A DNA stretch of 64,000 nt from Azolla caroliniana (lineage: Eukaryota; Plantae; Polypodiophyta), in contig JBHGNT010000002.1 in assembly GCA_043228905.1 (NCBI GenBank), forward strand, positions 25,978,001 to 26,042,000. Reading direction: 5' to 3'. The notes under the pieces are model-generated. The model saw only the letters and a program-made list of their open reading frames with translations. It was not told the origin of the DNA and made no database searches. Positions 13,568 through 26,990 of this stretch are shown here, one piece after another (the stretch's first letter is position 1; the number at the start of each line of letters is the position of its first letter). Position numbers and translations under genes: made by a program.

Positions 13568-15964
13568 GTTAATGGGCATGATTTGCCAATATTTGTTACA
13601 ACATTTCTTTAGCGTGTATAGCCAATTTTCATGTAGAGAACTTCCATTGAATACTAAGATGAGAAGACCTTTGTAATGACCATGATTTGCTTCAATATTT
13701 GCGTAACACCCATACTTTACCATTTTCATCTCCATCAGTTTATACACAGAAAGTCCTTTGAACTCTATAATGGAGGGCATAGTTTGTTTGCTACTGCTTT
13801 AGCATATGTTGCTATATACTACGAATGTATACTACTGTCAGACACTTCTCTAATGCCCGGTTTCTATTATGTGAATTCTATTTTGTAGTAATGGTTAAAG
13901 AGAAACAGCTAGAACCCCCTTGCCTCGTGCAACTAAAATTTGATGTTAATATCTCCAATTATGTAGAAATTTTACATTAAGATGGTAATCATTACAGAAA
14001 TGTAAACGTCTGCATAAAATATTATTCTAATATTTTCCTATTAAAGATGGTAACCTATTATTCTGCTGTAGGAAGTCCACAAGAGCTGCCTAATAGTTCT
14101 AAAACAGAATAGATTATGAAGAGCCGTTCTCTGTAACTGCAAGGTTAAAACTATGTTGTCCGATGGAATACCAATATCTTGGAGCTTAAATGACATATAA
14201 CAATCGACAACATTTCTTTTAAATTTTAAAATTTGTTTTTAAACAACCTTTTCATTTTTAGACCTTATTCTCACATTTTAGAAACATCATTCAAATTTAA
14301 AAAAATGTAAAATAATAAAATATTTTAAATTAAAAAAATTAAAAAATTAAAAAACTAAAATTTTACCTAAGTTGAAAACGAAACCACGGTTTAATGATTT
14401 AACGATTTGAAAAAAAACCGAACCGTTAAACTTTCTCAACGAAGGCATAGGCATACAGGTCGAGCAAAGATGCATTGAAACGAAGTGCTATTATTGTATT
14501 GAAGTACATAAATTCTTTATGCATCTTTATAGCTCCTTCAATTTGATCAACTCACATGAATTTCGTATGCATATTTATTGCTTAAATGATTTCTTCAATT
14601 TGATCAACTCATAGGTAAAAATATTTTTCTTCATGTACAGTAAGATTACATATCCAACACCAAATGTGTTATCTTTTAGATTTCTTTGCTTTTCTTCTTT
14701 AGAGAGGTCCAAACCTCAGATTGTACAATAGTAGTCCTCAATAATTAGCCTTCTTAAGAAGATGAGCCTACATACAGACCCTGTAAATCAATATCAGATA
14801 TCCTCAGAAATCGTGCCGCATATTGAATGCATTATCAGATATCCTCAGAAATTTGTATGATGTATTATATTAATCATGTGCATTATGATAGTTAGTCAGA
14901 TGTATACATAAACGACAAACCACAAATGCCCAATATCTGAATACTCCCCATTCTGAAGATCCATCACATCCCCCAATTGTAGCAAGTCATCAAACTAGAG
15001 GCTATGAATGGCCACTATTTGATGCATAATTCGATCACTCAACCTCCCAGATATCCCATTTTAATTCTGATAGACTCTACCTAAGTTACTCACAAAACCT
15101 TATGCCATTAACAAAATCCATGAGCAGGTGGCAAGCAGATGAGGTTCGGTGAATTGGTAATTTTGTTCTGTAAAACAAAATCTATGAGCCTCCTAATAGC
15201 TAGATCGTCTAAGACAACCAGTTTTTGTTGGCTCAGAATTAGAGCACAATTTAAGTAGTCTTTTTAAAGATCATTACCGTGATTGTATAGCCTACCGAAG
15301 TGATAACATATTGGAACATATATAAATAATTATTTTCTTGATCAAAAACACAAAAATTTAGTCTACATACACATGGCAAGAGCTATCAAGTAGAACTCTG
15401 ACCACTTCATGTTAGATGTTGTAGAATACTGTCGTTATTGCGACATTGCTCTTGCTCAGATAGCACAATATTCTCGACAATCTTGAGAACACTGTTTCTG
15501 CTTCTCCACATAAGATAACATAAGTTGAGAAATGTATGATACAATCAGGAACCAAGACACCATATAGCATTGTGTGTATACTGGGACGTGTATGAACCCC
15601 CAAAAGAACAAGAAAAGCAGTGTGCATGAAGAAATAAAGTGCACAGTGCACTGCTAGCTTCTCACTCACTCTCATATATTCACATACCTAACGCATTTGC
15701 TCAAAAGCATATGAACCAGGGACAATGTCAGAATCCTCAACATCTTCCCACACCTCATTTTAGTACAGCGGATACCGGAGGAATCTTCCGATTATTCCCA
15801 ACATTATAGCAACTAAGCAGCGATTATAGAATCTTCCAATTATTCTCAACTTGTTGTCATCAGTATATAATGATATCATGAGCCTCAAATCAATCACCTT
15901 CATTGACAACTACCTTTCTTTCTTCACAATTAATGCCAAAACTCATATAGTTTACAGTGTTTTG

Positions 15965-18900
15965 CTACCCACCGGATGCATCAAATCCTGAGAAAATATC
16001 TTCTTGATTGTCTAAGAATCCACCCTTGCAAGTATCACATGCCCAGCCATGGCATGTCCATGACCATGCAGCTGAATCAGTAGCAAGGCATTCTTGATGA
16101 ACAACAGAGCCACAGCCAACACACTGAAGATCAGAAGGTACGGATCCATCACAACAAACAGCACATGGAACATCCTTTAGTTCCAAAGCAGCATTAATGT
16201 TCTCTATCATACTTTCATTTCCATCCATGAAGACGTGGGGCACATCTTGAGAAGTTATTTCTGCTTCGGGGCAAACAGTAGTTGAACTAATTGAGCCCAT
16301 TAATGCATCAACATTGAAAACATCAAATCCATCAAGATCAAAATCCCTGTCAAACCCAAGTTGCTCCACCCCATCATCCTCAGAAGATAAAAGCTCAGTG
16401 AACGAGAATGTTGGTTTTGATAGAGTTACCCCATTTTGAACACCACCTAAACCACTAAATGCCTGCGGAAATTGAGGAATGCCATCCACTGTTAGCCCAT
16501 TTATGCTTTGAATAGGGATTTGGGGGTCTACTTGAGATTGCACTTTGACCTCAGCAGGAAAATGGATGTTTTCCTCAAGAGATGTATGATGGTGGTGATT
16601 TCCAACTGCAATCGCTAATGGAGTCCTCTTGGCTCTGTAAACATCTCCAACTTCTATAGCCACATTATTCTGTGAAGGTGTATACGCTGGCGCCAACATG
16701 CGATCTTGCATAACAAGTTTTTGGATCTTACTCTTTGTGCCATAAGGGCATGGTGGCATACCCTTTTTCCTACATTTATGGCATTTAAATCCCAAAACTT
16801 CATTAGCATTGCTTTGAGTGACTCCAAACGCTGCCCCATGAAACCATACTGCAAATCATAATATATGATTAGATGACACTATTTACAAAATTAAAAAACA
16901 AAAACATAGAAGTCAAGAAGCTGTTAAGATTGAAGCTTACAAGGACAAAATTCACATTTGATGTAGAGCTGATCAACTCTATACTGCTTCTGACAAATAA
17001 AGCATTTTGGATGTCCTACAACCTGCTCATTCATTTGAAGAGGAAGCAACATATTGTTTTTAATGTGCATTCTGGAATGAGCTTCATTTTGCTTCCAGGA
17101 AACTGCTTCATAGGCATTCTTCTCAATATTCCTTGAGATAGAGTTGGAGAATCTCATACCATCTGACACAACTTTTGTTTGTGGCCTAGGAGTCTGAGGT
17201 ATAAAGGCCTTCCTTGATTCTAAATCATGGTTTGTCACAATATTCCGATCTTTCAATGCCTCAACTGTACAAGGTGATCTCTGCTTTCCAACAGTGGTAT
17301 TGGCAGATAGGAGTTTGGCAGGTGTTTTTAAACACCCACAACATGTATTTTTCATCTGTCCAGATCCCTCCACATACGATGTGATAGTACAATCCTTATG
17401 AAATGGTTCTATCATTCAAAAGGCACGAGTTAGGTTTTGATACTAGGAGTGTTTGTAAGAAATTAAAATGGCAGCAAAAAAATATTTACCTCGACATAAA
17501 TGACATTGCACTGCCAAACTGCACATGAAAGAGTAGAACGTTAACTCTGGATGTTTCTCTCAATACATATAAAACTTCAAATGATTTAGTAAAATTTTAA
17601 CCAATTACATTTTTACTACATAACATAAGCAGCTCCTAAATTTGTGTTTTATACAACGGCACTAGTCAACAAAAATAAAATCATAGTAGGATATAAATGA
17701 CAGGATTTCTTGTGGTGGTAGTTCATAGATATGTGCTTTTAAGGCTAACTTAAACGGATTTTAATCATAAACTATAAGAATACAATAGACAGGTAGTGAG
17801 AATGCACATCATTCTTTTCTTGGATATGCTGATTGTCCAAAGTTGTCTTGCAAGAAAACGTATCAATAAATTTTGTTATTGACAATTCTAAGATTTGAAT
17901 GTAGGACGTTCTTCATAATTTGCAGCCTCTAATGATCAAGGGCATTACTAATGTTCACTCAGGTACTACTTGTTACTGCTACATTATATTGAAGCACTAA
18001 TTAGTTGACATTTTGACATTTATACATTTGAGCACTAATGTTTCTTCCAGTGCCATATCATGAGTGATCCAATTTTTTTACACCATGAACACATCATTAC
18101 CCAATGGCACAATAATAGAATTGCTTTGAAAGCAAAAATTAGGTAATACAAATATCTGGCATAATCCCAGGGGACAGTAAGTTTTATTTAGGAATATATG
18201 GGGAGTTTCTAAAAGTTTAAGAATTTGAAATCAGAAATAAAAATATGGGGAGTTGGTACAGTTTTAGTCATGTAATGCTTAAACGTAATAGTGAAGAAGG
18301 AATATTGAAAATAGATGAAAAGCTGTGACTCCTGGACCTAAAAGATCCTCAACAGTGGTTGACTTTTTTAGGGACATCCACATGATTGATATACCTCCCT
18401 TGCCAAACTTCAAGGCTCTTTGTCTCATAAAAGCTAATTTGAGTTTATCAGACCAGACCAAAAATTTGAAATTACAAACGTCAATATTAAATAAAGAGAA
18501 ACCCATTGAAGGAGAAAAAAAAACAGCAAAAAGGAAGAGAAAAACAAGAAAGTCATGAGTTTAGGTTTCAGGTCCAAGCATGCATCTCGAGACAAAAACT
18601 GCCAAATACTCTGAAAACCGTACACTTTATGATCATTAAAATTTATCAAATCACATGCCAAATAGAGAAGAAGAACCACCTGGCTACCATCTTCTCCTTG
18701 CAATATTTACATGTAATTGACATCACCAATTTGGTTGCTGTAGAGAAACCAGCTCTTTCCCAAAGGATCTTAAGGAAATCCCTTTTTATTTGTCTTTTAA
18801 CTTCAATATGCTGCTTCTGTAGGACAGAGAACTTTGTCACTTTGTTCTGAAGAGACAACCTCTCTCGTTCTTCAAACTCCCTAAGAAGATATAATGGCAC

Positions 18901-21900
18901 TTGTCGTTCATCAACCCAAGTTTCCTGATCTTTCGGTTTTGGTGTCAAATCCTTAACAACCTGATTAGCTGTAGGGATACCTTGCCTTGCACCGGGATTT
19001 TGAATCAGTCTAGACGGAATCAGATATAATGTAACTGCGCCTTTTATTTCCTTGGCACAAATGGACGGCTTTGTAATATCTGTCGTGTTATTCTCCAAAG
19101 GCACTACATCAACCTTTGACAGTAAATCTGCCCATCGAAATAGTGCATCCAAACACCGAACCTGTGAGAGAAGAACATAATAAAGTATAGACCAACCAAG
19201 GAAAAACAACAAATACAAATAACGAACAGAAGCTTTAAACAAAAAAGGTTAACCAGTGGTAACCTGAAGCGCAAGTTCAGCAACAGTGCAAGCAGCATTT
19301 ACTCTTGCACGCCATGCTACTTGTCTGCTGCGTTTTGGAACTTCTTCTTCTTCAGCATATGTAACCCCTATGATGCGTTTTAATCCACCTGAAATCAAGG
19401 TTGTCATGATAAGCAAGTGATCGACCTTACTTATAATATAAAAATAAACTCTGAAATACTCTGAGCTTTTCTTAAAGTCCCTGCCTGAAATACTTTGAAA
19501 CTCTGAAATACTCTGAACTATCCCAACCCAAAACAAAGAAAAGGAGGAAAGGGGGCCTGTCAGAGTTATCCCAACATATAAACTAGAATTGCAAGGAATC
19601 GTAAATACCATTTCGGCCTGCTTTTCTCACCACCTTGCTTGGTAAAGTTGCCCAGCCAGACACTCTATGTGCTAGCTTCCCCCGACGTACCCATCGCACT
19701 ATTCCAATTGTGGTGGCACGGCCTTTTGGCCTTCGTCGAGCTAAACCAGATCTCCTAGCACGTTTGTTGCTTGTTGCTTTTTTTAAAAATGGTTCATTCA
19801 GTGTAGATGAAGAACAACCTCCTAAGAAAAACGTTGGCGCATCTTCTAGTCGCCTGGACCAATCTTCCAGAAGAGTCACTGTTCGTAAATGGGCCTCAAA
19901 CTGCAATCACATATAATAATAAAAATCTACAAAGCTACAACAACGACTTCGTATGGTATCAATGTCACCTTATAGGTCTCAATTCCAACAACTTCTTTAC
20001 CAATATTTTGTTTCCCAATTGGTAAACAAATTGTTGCAATTGAGACACCTGAGTGACAGTATTATTGGGGGGAGAGAGAGAGAGGGAGCAGGATATTCAA
20101 AACTCACATCTAGAAGAGCATGCTTTAATTCAGCAACAGAGCTCGCTTGCTCAAGTTTTCTACGCCAAAGCTTTCTGAACTGCAGATTCTCCCAAGGCCC
20201 TTGCAATAAACTGTGCACACTTTCTTCCATATGAAGGAGATACCCAGCAACACCAGGTAAATGACCTTCACCAGATTTGGAGGGTTTGATTCCACCAGGC
20301 ACACATGCAGCTCCAGATGCAAGCTGTCCAAAGGCTTGATTCATCAAACATCCTCTTTTCAAACCTGAAAGGCAGGAAAAGCACCATCCACACCTTTCTT
20401 TTGGTATTTCCATTAGCTTCTTCTTCATGCTTGGCCAGGAAAAGCGTGGCGGTGACTGAAGAAAAGCATTTAGCTGTTCAGCAATTGTTGTTACCACTTT
20501 TTTCTTCTTCAACCCTTTTGCAGGCGCATTCTGATCACCAGTAGCCAAAGTTAAGTTGGCTGCTGCTGTAGCTGAGGCATCTCCCAACAAATATCGATTG
20601 GTATAGGACATCGCTTTCTGAAAATGCTCATTGCGTAGACGTTCATAGTGTAGATATCTTTCTTTCATCACAGAAAAATCATATTCATCTAACTGGGTGT
20701 TTATTTTCTTTGTCTGTTCTCCTATGGAGGGTGGAGTAATTGCTTCAAGAGGCTTGGCCATACTGCTGACAGTTCCTTCCAAGGAGTTGGAAGCTCCTCC
20801 CTCAGTCTTGTCAGTGTTTCCAGGTATGAGCTCCTGGAGTTTAGAATCATCTATCAAGGTTTCTTTTGAAATTTTATTATCATTGTCATGTCCTGGGACC
20901 AAAGTACTTGGAATAGTTGCTGACATAAATGATTCATCCAGATGTTCAAGAGATATTGATTCTATGACAGGTTCCATTTGCTTGGAATTCACAACACAAG
21001 GTTCTGACTGTACATTAATATCTGGATCAACTTTTACAACAGTCTCCAGAGATGCAACTGCAGAATCCTGGTTCATAGATTCATCGAAAGGCTTTTCAGG
21101 TACTTTTGTTTGTGATATTACTGAGCCTGACTCTGATTCTTTCTGCTCTCCACGATTACTTTCATTTGTTATTTGGAGAACAGAGCCATCTTGTATATTC
21201 ACACGTTTAACTGGATTGGGTGATTGCGAATTATTAGATGCATCTAAGTTGGTAGATAGCATTGGTAACCCCCATAGTTGCCGTATAGCCTTTGCAATCT
21301 TGTCACAATGAGGTTTCAACATATCTAAGCTTTGCAATACTCTTGAAATGTCATCTTTACTGTAATACTTGTAGGAGCTCTCTGTAAAACTAGAAGACTC
21401 CAGTCTGCATCATGTTCTCACTGGTGTCAGTGTAAAGAATGCAAGTTAACAAGAGACAAGCTAATACAACAATGAATATTCATATGAACTCAAAAAGTAC
21501 AACTATTGCTAAAAAATAAAAAGGTGTGCAATGGAAAATTGATTTCAGCTTTGTCAAGGTTTTTTAACTGCAAACAAGGATAACCTAACTTAACAAGGTT
21601 GCCATATCAAGTCTTTACATAGAACCCTGTACACAAGACTAATGATGAAATTAACTCAATAAGAAAAATTGATGATGAGATTATGAAATTACTCATGTTT
21701 AAATTTATCCTCGAGAAAGGGATGCAATCTTGATTAGCGAAAAAAACGATATGCAGACTTTGCATAGTATATCATGCACAGCACAATGGAAACTGCTGTT
21801 CAGGAATGGGAGGAAAAAAAGGAACTATCATCAGAACATTTAAAAGTGTCAAACTTAGCAATGAGTGGCATATATTCTGGGAAAATCACATTGATTTCCA

Positions 21901-24409
21901 AACAAATATAAAAAGGTTTGATATTAAACATATTGACATATAAAGTACTTACACTAATAGGTGGCCACACGCATACAGGAAAGTTCGGCCATAGGGATCT
22001 ATACCGATGGTGTGACCTCCTCTTAATCCATCCATACGTTTGCATTGCTCTCCACCATCTTTTTCTACAATGCATTCTGGACAGAACCAATCACCTGTAG
22101 GTAGGGAAGCTCTTGATATTCCAACGCACCTACTGTGATATGCTGCAGGACATCCATCACAACATATCAAATTTCCTTCCATTCCACAAAGCATACATTC
22201 ATCATTGTTCGTATGGGTGGACATTTGATTCTGAATAGATTTGGTATCAATAGCGGGTATATTAGGTGACAATTGTCCATTCATCTGGGAAACATTGTTG
22301 CTGTTAACTATAGCTTGTTGTTCATCTGTTCTGATGGATTCTTGATTACATGACAAATATGCTCCTTTTCTTGCAAGATTTCTCTCCTTCTGCCTAACCT
22401 GGCTTGTAAATCGCAGCTCACGAAGATCCATCACTGCCCTGATCTCCTCTGTTTCCATCACTTGATCACAAAGGAACCCTAGAACAGCAAGCTTAGTCTT
22501 TGAAGGGACTTTGTAATATTCCGAGTCGAGAAGTCCAAGTGAAGACAGTGTTTTCCCATACATCTTACCAAATCTATGAGTAGCTAAGAAGACGAGTACA
22601 AAAGCGGGCCAAGTAACATTATCCAAAAGGTTCCAATCTCGTTGCCTGGAGTATAGAAAAGGAAAACCAATCAAACAATTCTAGGTTCTTCCTTGCATGA
22701 AAATATCAATAAACATGCTGAAATTATATTTTTGTTTCAAAATAGGAAAAAAAAAGAAAAAGTATTTCTTCTTGCAAGAAAGAAGAGCATAGTTTAAACA
22801 TTTTTAAGCACAATAAATCACTCCAAATTCTCATATTGTATGATAACATCAAAAAATTGAAGCACGACTATGTTCCAATGTGGATGAAAAAAGGTATGTT
22901 TTAGCTTACCATATAAACATTCTTTGAAATGATCATATCAAAAAGACTTTAAAACCTTCAATTTTTGTTTCAAAGTAGAATAAAAGATCAAATGCTTTTT
23001 TTCCTCCGCTAAAGGCTCCTTGAACATAAAACATTCCTCATCATTATAATACAAAAAAGCTACAAGCTTCCATGATAGGATCAAAATTTTGTTTTCGTTT
23101 CAATGTGAACAAGAAAACCAGCATGTCTTCTTCACAAACAAAGCTCAAACAGTACCAAACAACGTTTGGCATGATAATATCAAAATTTTCATATCAAATA
23201 ATGATTCTAGGTGCATTCACTGTAGAATCAAAAACAATAAAAGCCAACGCTTCACAAAACAGAACATAAACCGTACCTTAAGCATTCTTTAGCCTCCTTG
23301 TGCCCTTCTTTAGAGAGGCGTTGGAGATGTCTCCTTAAAGCTTGCATTAGCACAAGATGTATGGAGTCAATCAAATTGTTCGGTATCTGCCTGGTCAATG
23401 CAGCGACAAATTCATCAAGCCCGAATGGACTTAGAAACAGTACAAGGCTAAAAGACCTCAGAACACTGTATATTGCACATGTCTCTACCACGAGATCTTC
23501 TGATATTGCAATATCACACGATGAACATGGCAATGGGATCAACTCTGGAAGGACAACATTACTTGGGTTTGTCTTCCTCTTTCTCCTCCTAACAACAGAA
23601 GAAGATTCATCTGAGCTTGAAGATGAAATGGAATCATTTTCTTCTTCTTTGGATCCTTCCATCTCAAAATCACTGTATTCTTCATCACCACTATCATCAC
23701 AATTATCATCTTCATCAACATCATTATCTGATCTTGAACATTCAGCATCTGAAACCGAGCTCTCTTCAGCCTTTTGTTGTTCCTGAGACTTGAACATAGA
23801 AGAATCGGCAACAATCTCCGATTTCCTTTTTCTTCTCGAGCTTGGAAGGGGTGAGGGAACAATAACTTTCTCCTCGCATATCTTCTCTTCCTCTATCAAT
23901 TTTTCATCTCTCGTGACTGATTTCAGAACAAAATCTTCGTCTTTGCCAAGACTTAGCCTTTGTCTCGATGACAATGATGATGGTCCAACCTTATAATTTC
24001 TGCCGTTAGATTTTTTGATAGAAATCGTGTTCTTGACAATCAGTTCTCTCTTCTGTCGTTTTGGAGTGATGAAATCGATCCCACCATCTCGAATACCTCT
24101 CTTTCTGCTCGAAACTCTATTCTTCTCTTCTGAATCCACCAGTATTTGTTCTATTTCTTGAATATCTAACTCTTCCCTATCTCCATCGTCATAGACAACC
24201 TTATAGAAACGGCGTGAAGAGCTGTAAGAGACTACCTTTCCTGAGAAGATTCCGAATCCTTTGAACTCCTTCTGGACTATGCGTCCGATCAGAGAAGGTG
24301 TATTATCGTCGCCGTCGTCGTCGTCGTCGTCATCATCACCATCTGCATCTTTTGCATCGCCTTCTGCATCTTCGTCTTCGTCCTCGGGTTTCTTCTTCTT
24401 CCTTCCCAT
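15965..24409 (-). CDS. PTM: PTM-like DDT- and PHD-finger chromatin protein (ISWI-associated type)
   Basis: ATG at 24409 (MGRKKKK). Tudor-like GRIVQKEF..GKVVSY..YKVVYDDGDREEL; DDT YSVLRSFSLVLFLSPFGLDEFVAAL; LLDNVTWP; PHD DECMLCGMEGNLICCDGCPAAYHSRC..WFCPEC; ERCGWCFSC; a further PHD assembled through a micro-exon at ~17490-17518 (LAVQCHLCR); CFIC..CEFC..WFHG..FKCHKCRK; terminal CAVC..HQEC..WACDTC. Confidence 0.9.
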
Positions 24410-24526
24410 AGCACCCGAGCGGCGATGGAGGAAGGTGAGGAGATGCAGAGAAAAGTGCAGATCGCACAGAAAGAAAGGAACAAACAAGACGATCTGAAAT
24501 ATATATAATAGGAAGTAAAAGAAGAA

Positions 24527-24686
24527 GATGATGATGATGATGATGATGATGATGCAGAGGGAGAGGAGGGATAAGGAACGAAGAAAGGAGGAGGAGGAGG
24601 AGGAAGAAGAAAATTGCTCGCTATTTTAGGGTTTGCAGAGAAAGATCAGATAACGCAGAGAAACACACACACACACACACACACAT

Positions 24687-24724
<38 letters not shown>

Positions 24725-25013
24725 CACGATTTAGCATTTCTTTTGAAAAAAAAACAAATTACATATAATTAATCAAAAGAAATGCAGAAAATTGTTTTTC
24801 TTTTTATTTGTTCCCACACATACATACATATGTTTATGTATATATTTATATTTATATTTATATAAAAATAAAAAAAGCTGTTTTTCCTCTCTCTTCTTTC
24901 TCTTTTTTCTTTTCTTTTTTTATTTTTTTACTGGCTTTCCTTTCCCTCGCTTTTTTCTTCCTCCCTCTTTCCTGTTTTTTTTATGGCGAAAGCTGCTGCT
25001 GCTGCTTCTGCTT

Positions 25014-25043
<30 letters not shown>
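24527..25043. repeat. Microsatellite cluster around the PTM leader/promoter: (GAT)n, (GGA)n, (CA)n(GA)n, (GCT)n(CTT)n
   Basis: Visible at 24527-24553, 24586-24603, 24663-24721 and 24992-25043. Confidence 0.9.
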
Positions 25044-25044
<1 letters not shown>

Positions 25045-26059
25045 AATTCCATTTTTCTGTATTATTTATCTATTCATTCAAAAAATAATCCCCAAATATT
25101 GATATTTTCTTTTCAAATTTTCAAAACAAACAACCACTCCTTTCATAGAGAAGCCGCACAAATAGCCATCCACATGTGCATACATATACATACATACGTA
25201 CATATATACATACATTACATACATATATGTATATATATGTACATATATGCATTAGTCGGCCAAACCAACAAACCAACGAGTAGAGTCCATTGCTCTACTT
25301 GAAGATGATACGATCAATGCTTTCGGTCTTTAGGCAACTTTCTGAGGCCCACCTGTGGTTCACTCTGTCCTTGCTTGCTGCCTTCGATAGTCCTTCATGC
25401 CTTCCCCTCATATTCCTTGTACGAAGGTAAACGTCCCAGGCTATATGCAAACATCCATTTGGGTCCTCGTCTACAGTTGCTCTAGCACTCTCCCTTATCT
25501 AGGCTTTCTCTGGTCCTCGGAAATTTCAAAAGGAAGAAATGTCGGTTGCGCATTCCACCTTGCATATCAAAAACCTTTGAATTGTTGTGCATATGTGAAT
25601 TTTCCTCGCAATACCCCCACATTTTATGCATCAATGATCTCCATTCAACAAAAAGTTCTTGAATATTGTTTTCTTTTGCAACTGTCTACAATTGTGTGTG
25701 GTGTTGCACTCATAACAAACCCTACGGGCACTTCCTTACCTCCCTCAATTGTTCCCTTGTTTCATCTTCGATACGTGATACGATACCAAGTGTTCAAGTT
25801 GTGGTCATTTGCTTCTTCAATTGATGTGTGCATATCGTTAAGAGAACATAAAACTTCCGATGCGATGGGAATTAAACAAAAAATACCCATAAATGGAAGC
25901 ATATAAATGAAAACCTATAAATTAAGGATTATACTCTTTCAATGTAGGTATTGCCGCGTTATAAAACTTTCAAAACCTTCATTATCTAGGGGACAAGAGA
26001 GAAGGAGATACAAAGATAGACAGAGAAGGCTCTAGTTGGGTGTGACAAATACATTATAA

Positions 26060-26990
26060 GTGCATTTGCCAAAGTTGATACACCTAGCCCAATACATTTT
26101 AATCGTAGGTATATTACATAATGTTCAAATGGACATGGATTATGTCCCACGTAGTCATTGGGATTTAACTTTGGCATAGTTAGATTTGGAGAAAGAGTTT
26201 GATTGTGTCAATTGGTTGTTTGTTCAAGTTTAAAGTATATAATGGGCTTTGGAGCACGTATGTCCCGCCTTACCTTTAATAGGGAAAGATATCATGTCTC
26301 AAGTAATGTGTAATGGTGGAATTACATTAGATATATATTAGCTTCATGAGGTGTATGTTCATCAAGGATGTGCTCTTAGCTCCTTCTTGTTTGTTATACT
26401 TACGCATTCCTTGTTGGTGATGCTATTAAGGCTTGCACCTAATGTGATATTATGGGTGTACACATTCCATTTAGGAGGGACAATTATAGTGCAAGATTTG
26501 GGAAATTCAAGCTTCGTGTTTATACAAGCCTGACATGAGAAATCTTGAGAAATGAAGGGCGAGGGGGAGTATAGGATGAAATTGCCTTGGCGTCCGTATT
26601 ATATATTAATGGGAGGAAATCCCACGTCATGTCATGTACTATTGAGAGGGATTTGGAATATCTAGGATGACAATAATTCGTGGCTGAAAAATGTTGCTTT
26701 TTTTACACTCGGGGTATCTATTGGGAGTGAACATTGCAAAGGCGCAATATTTGAATGGATGACTAACAAGCAGGGAGCATTATAAATCATGGCAAAATGA
26801 GTTAATCGTGTCTCCTCCATTATTATGTTAGAATGGAAAAGAGAGATAGCAGGCTCAATTCAATCACTTGCTTTGCTTGGGTGTTAGAGAGGTGGAATAT
26901 ATAGTCAAAGCTCAATCTCAAAGAATTTGGGAATTCGTTGAAGTGAGATTATTATTACGCATCACATTGAATGGAGTTTTCGTGAAGGGT
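26060..26990 (+). mobile_element. Decayed L1-type LINE reverse-transcriptase relic
   Basis: RT motif remnants in the expected order, with stops and frameshifts: LDLEKEFDCVNW (26180), MGFG, VHQGCALSSFLFVI (~26357), ASVLYINGRKS (~26590) and LGVSIG (~26708). These correspond to LINE LDxEKAFDRVxW, RQGCPLSPxLF, SGLxINxxKS and YLGxP. Confidence 0.78.

Noticed and set aside
14330-14440. AT-rich stretch with AACCG motifs, a possible MITE remnant
   Set aside because: No paired TIRs or TSD.
24792-25302. ORFs with poly-Leu/Phe/Cys runs
   Set aside because: They are translations of microsatellites and low-complexity sequence.
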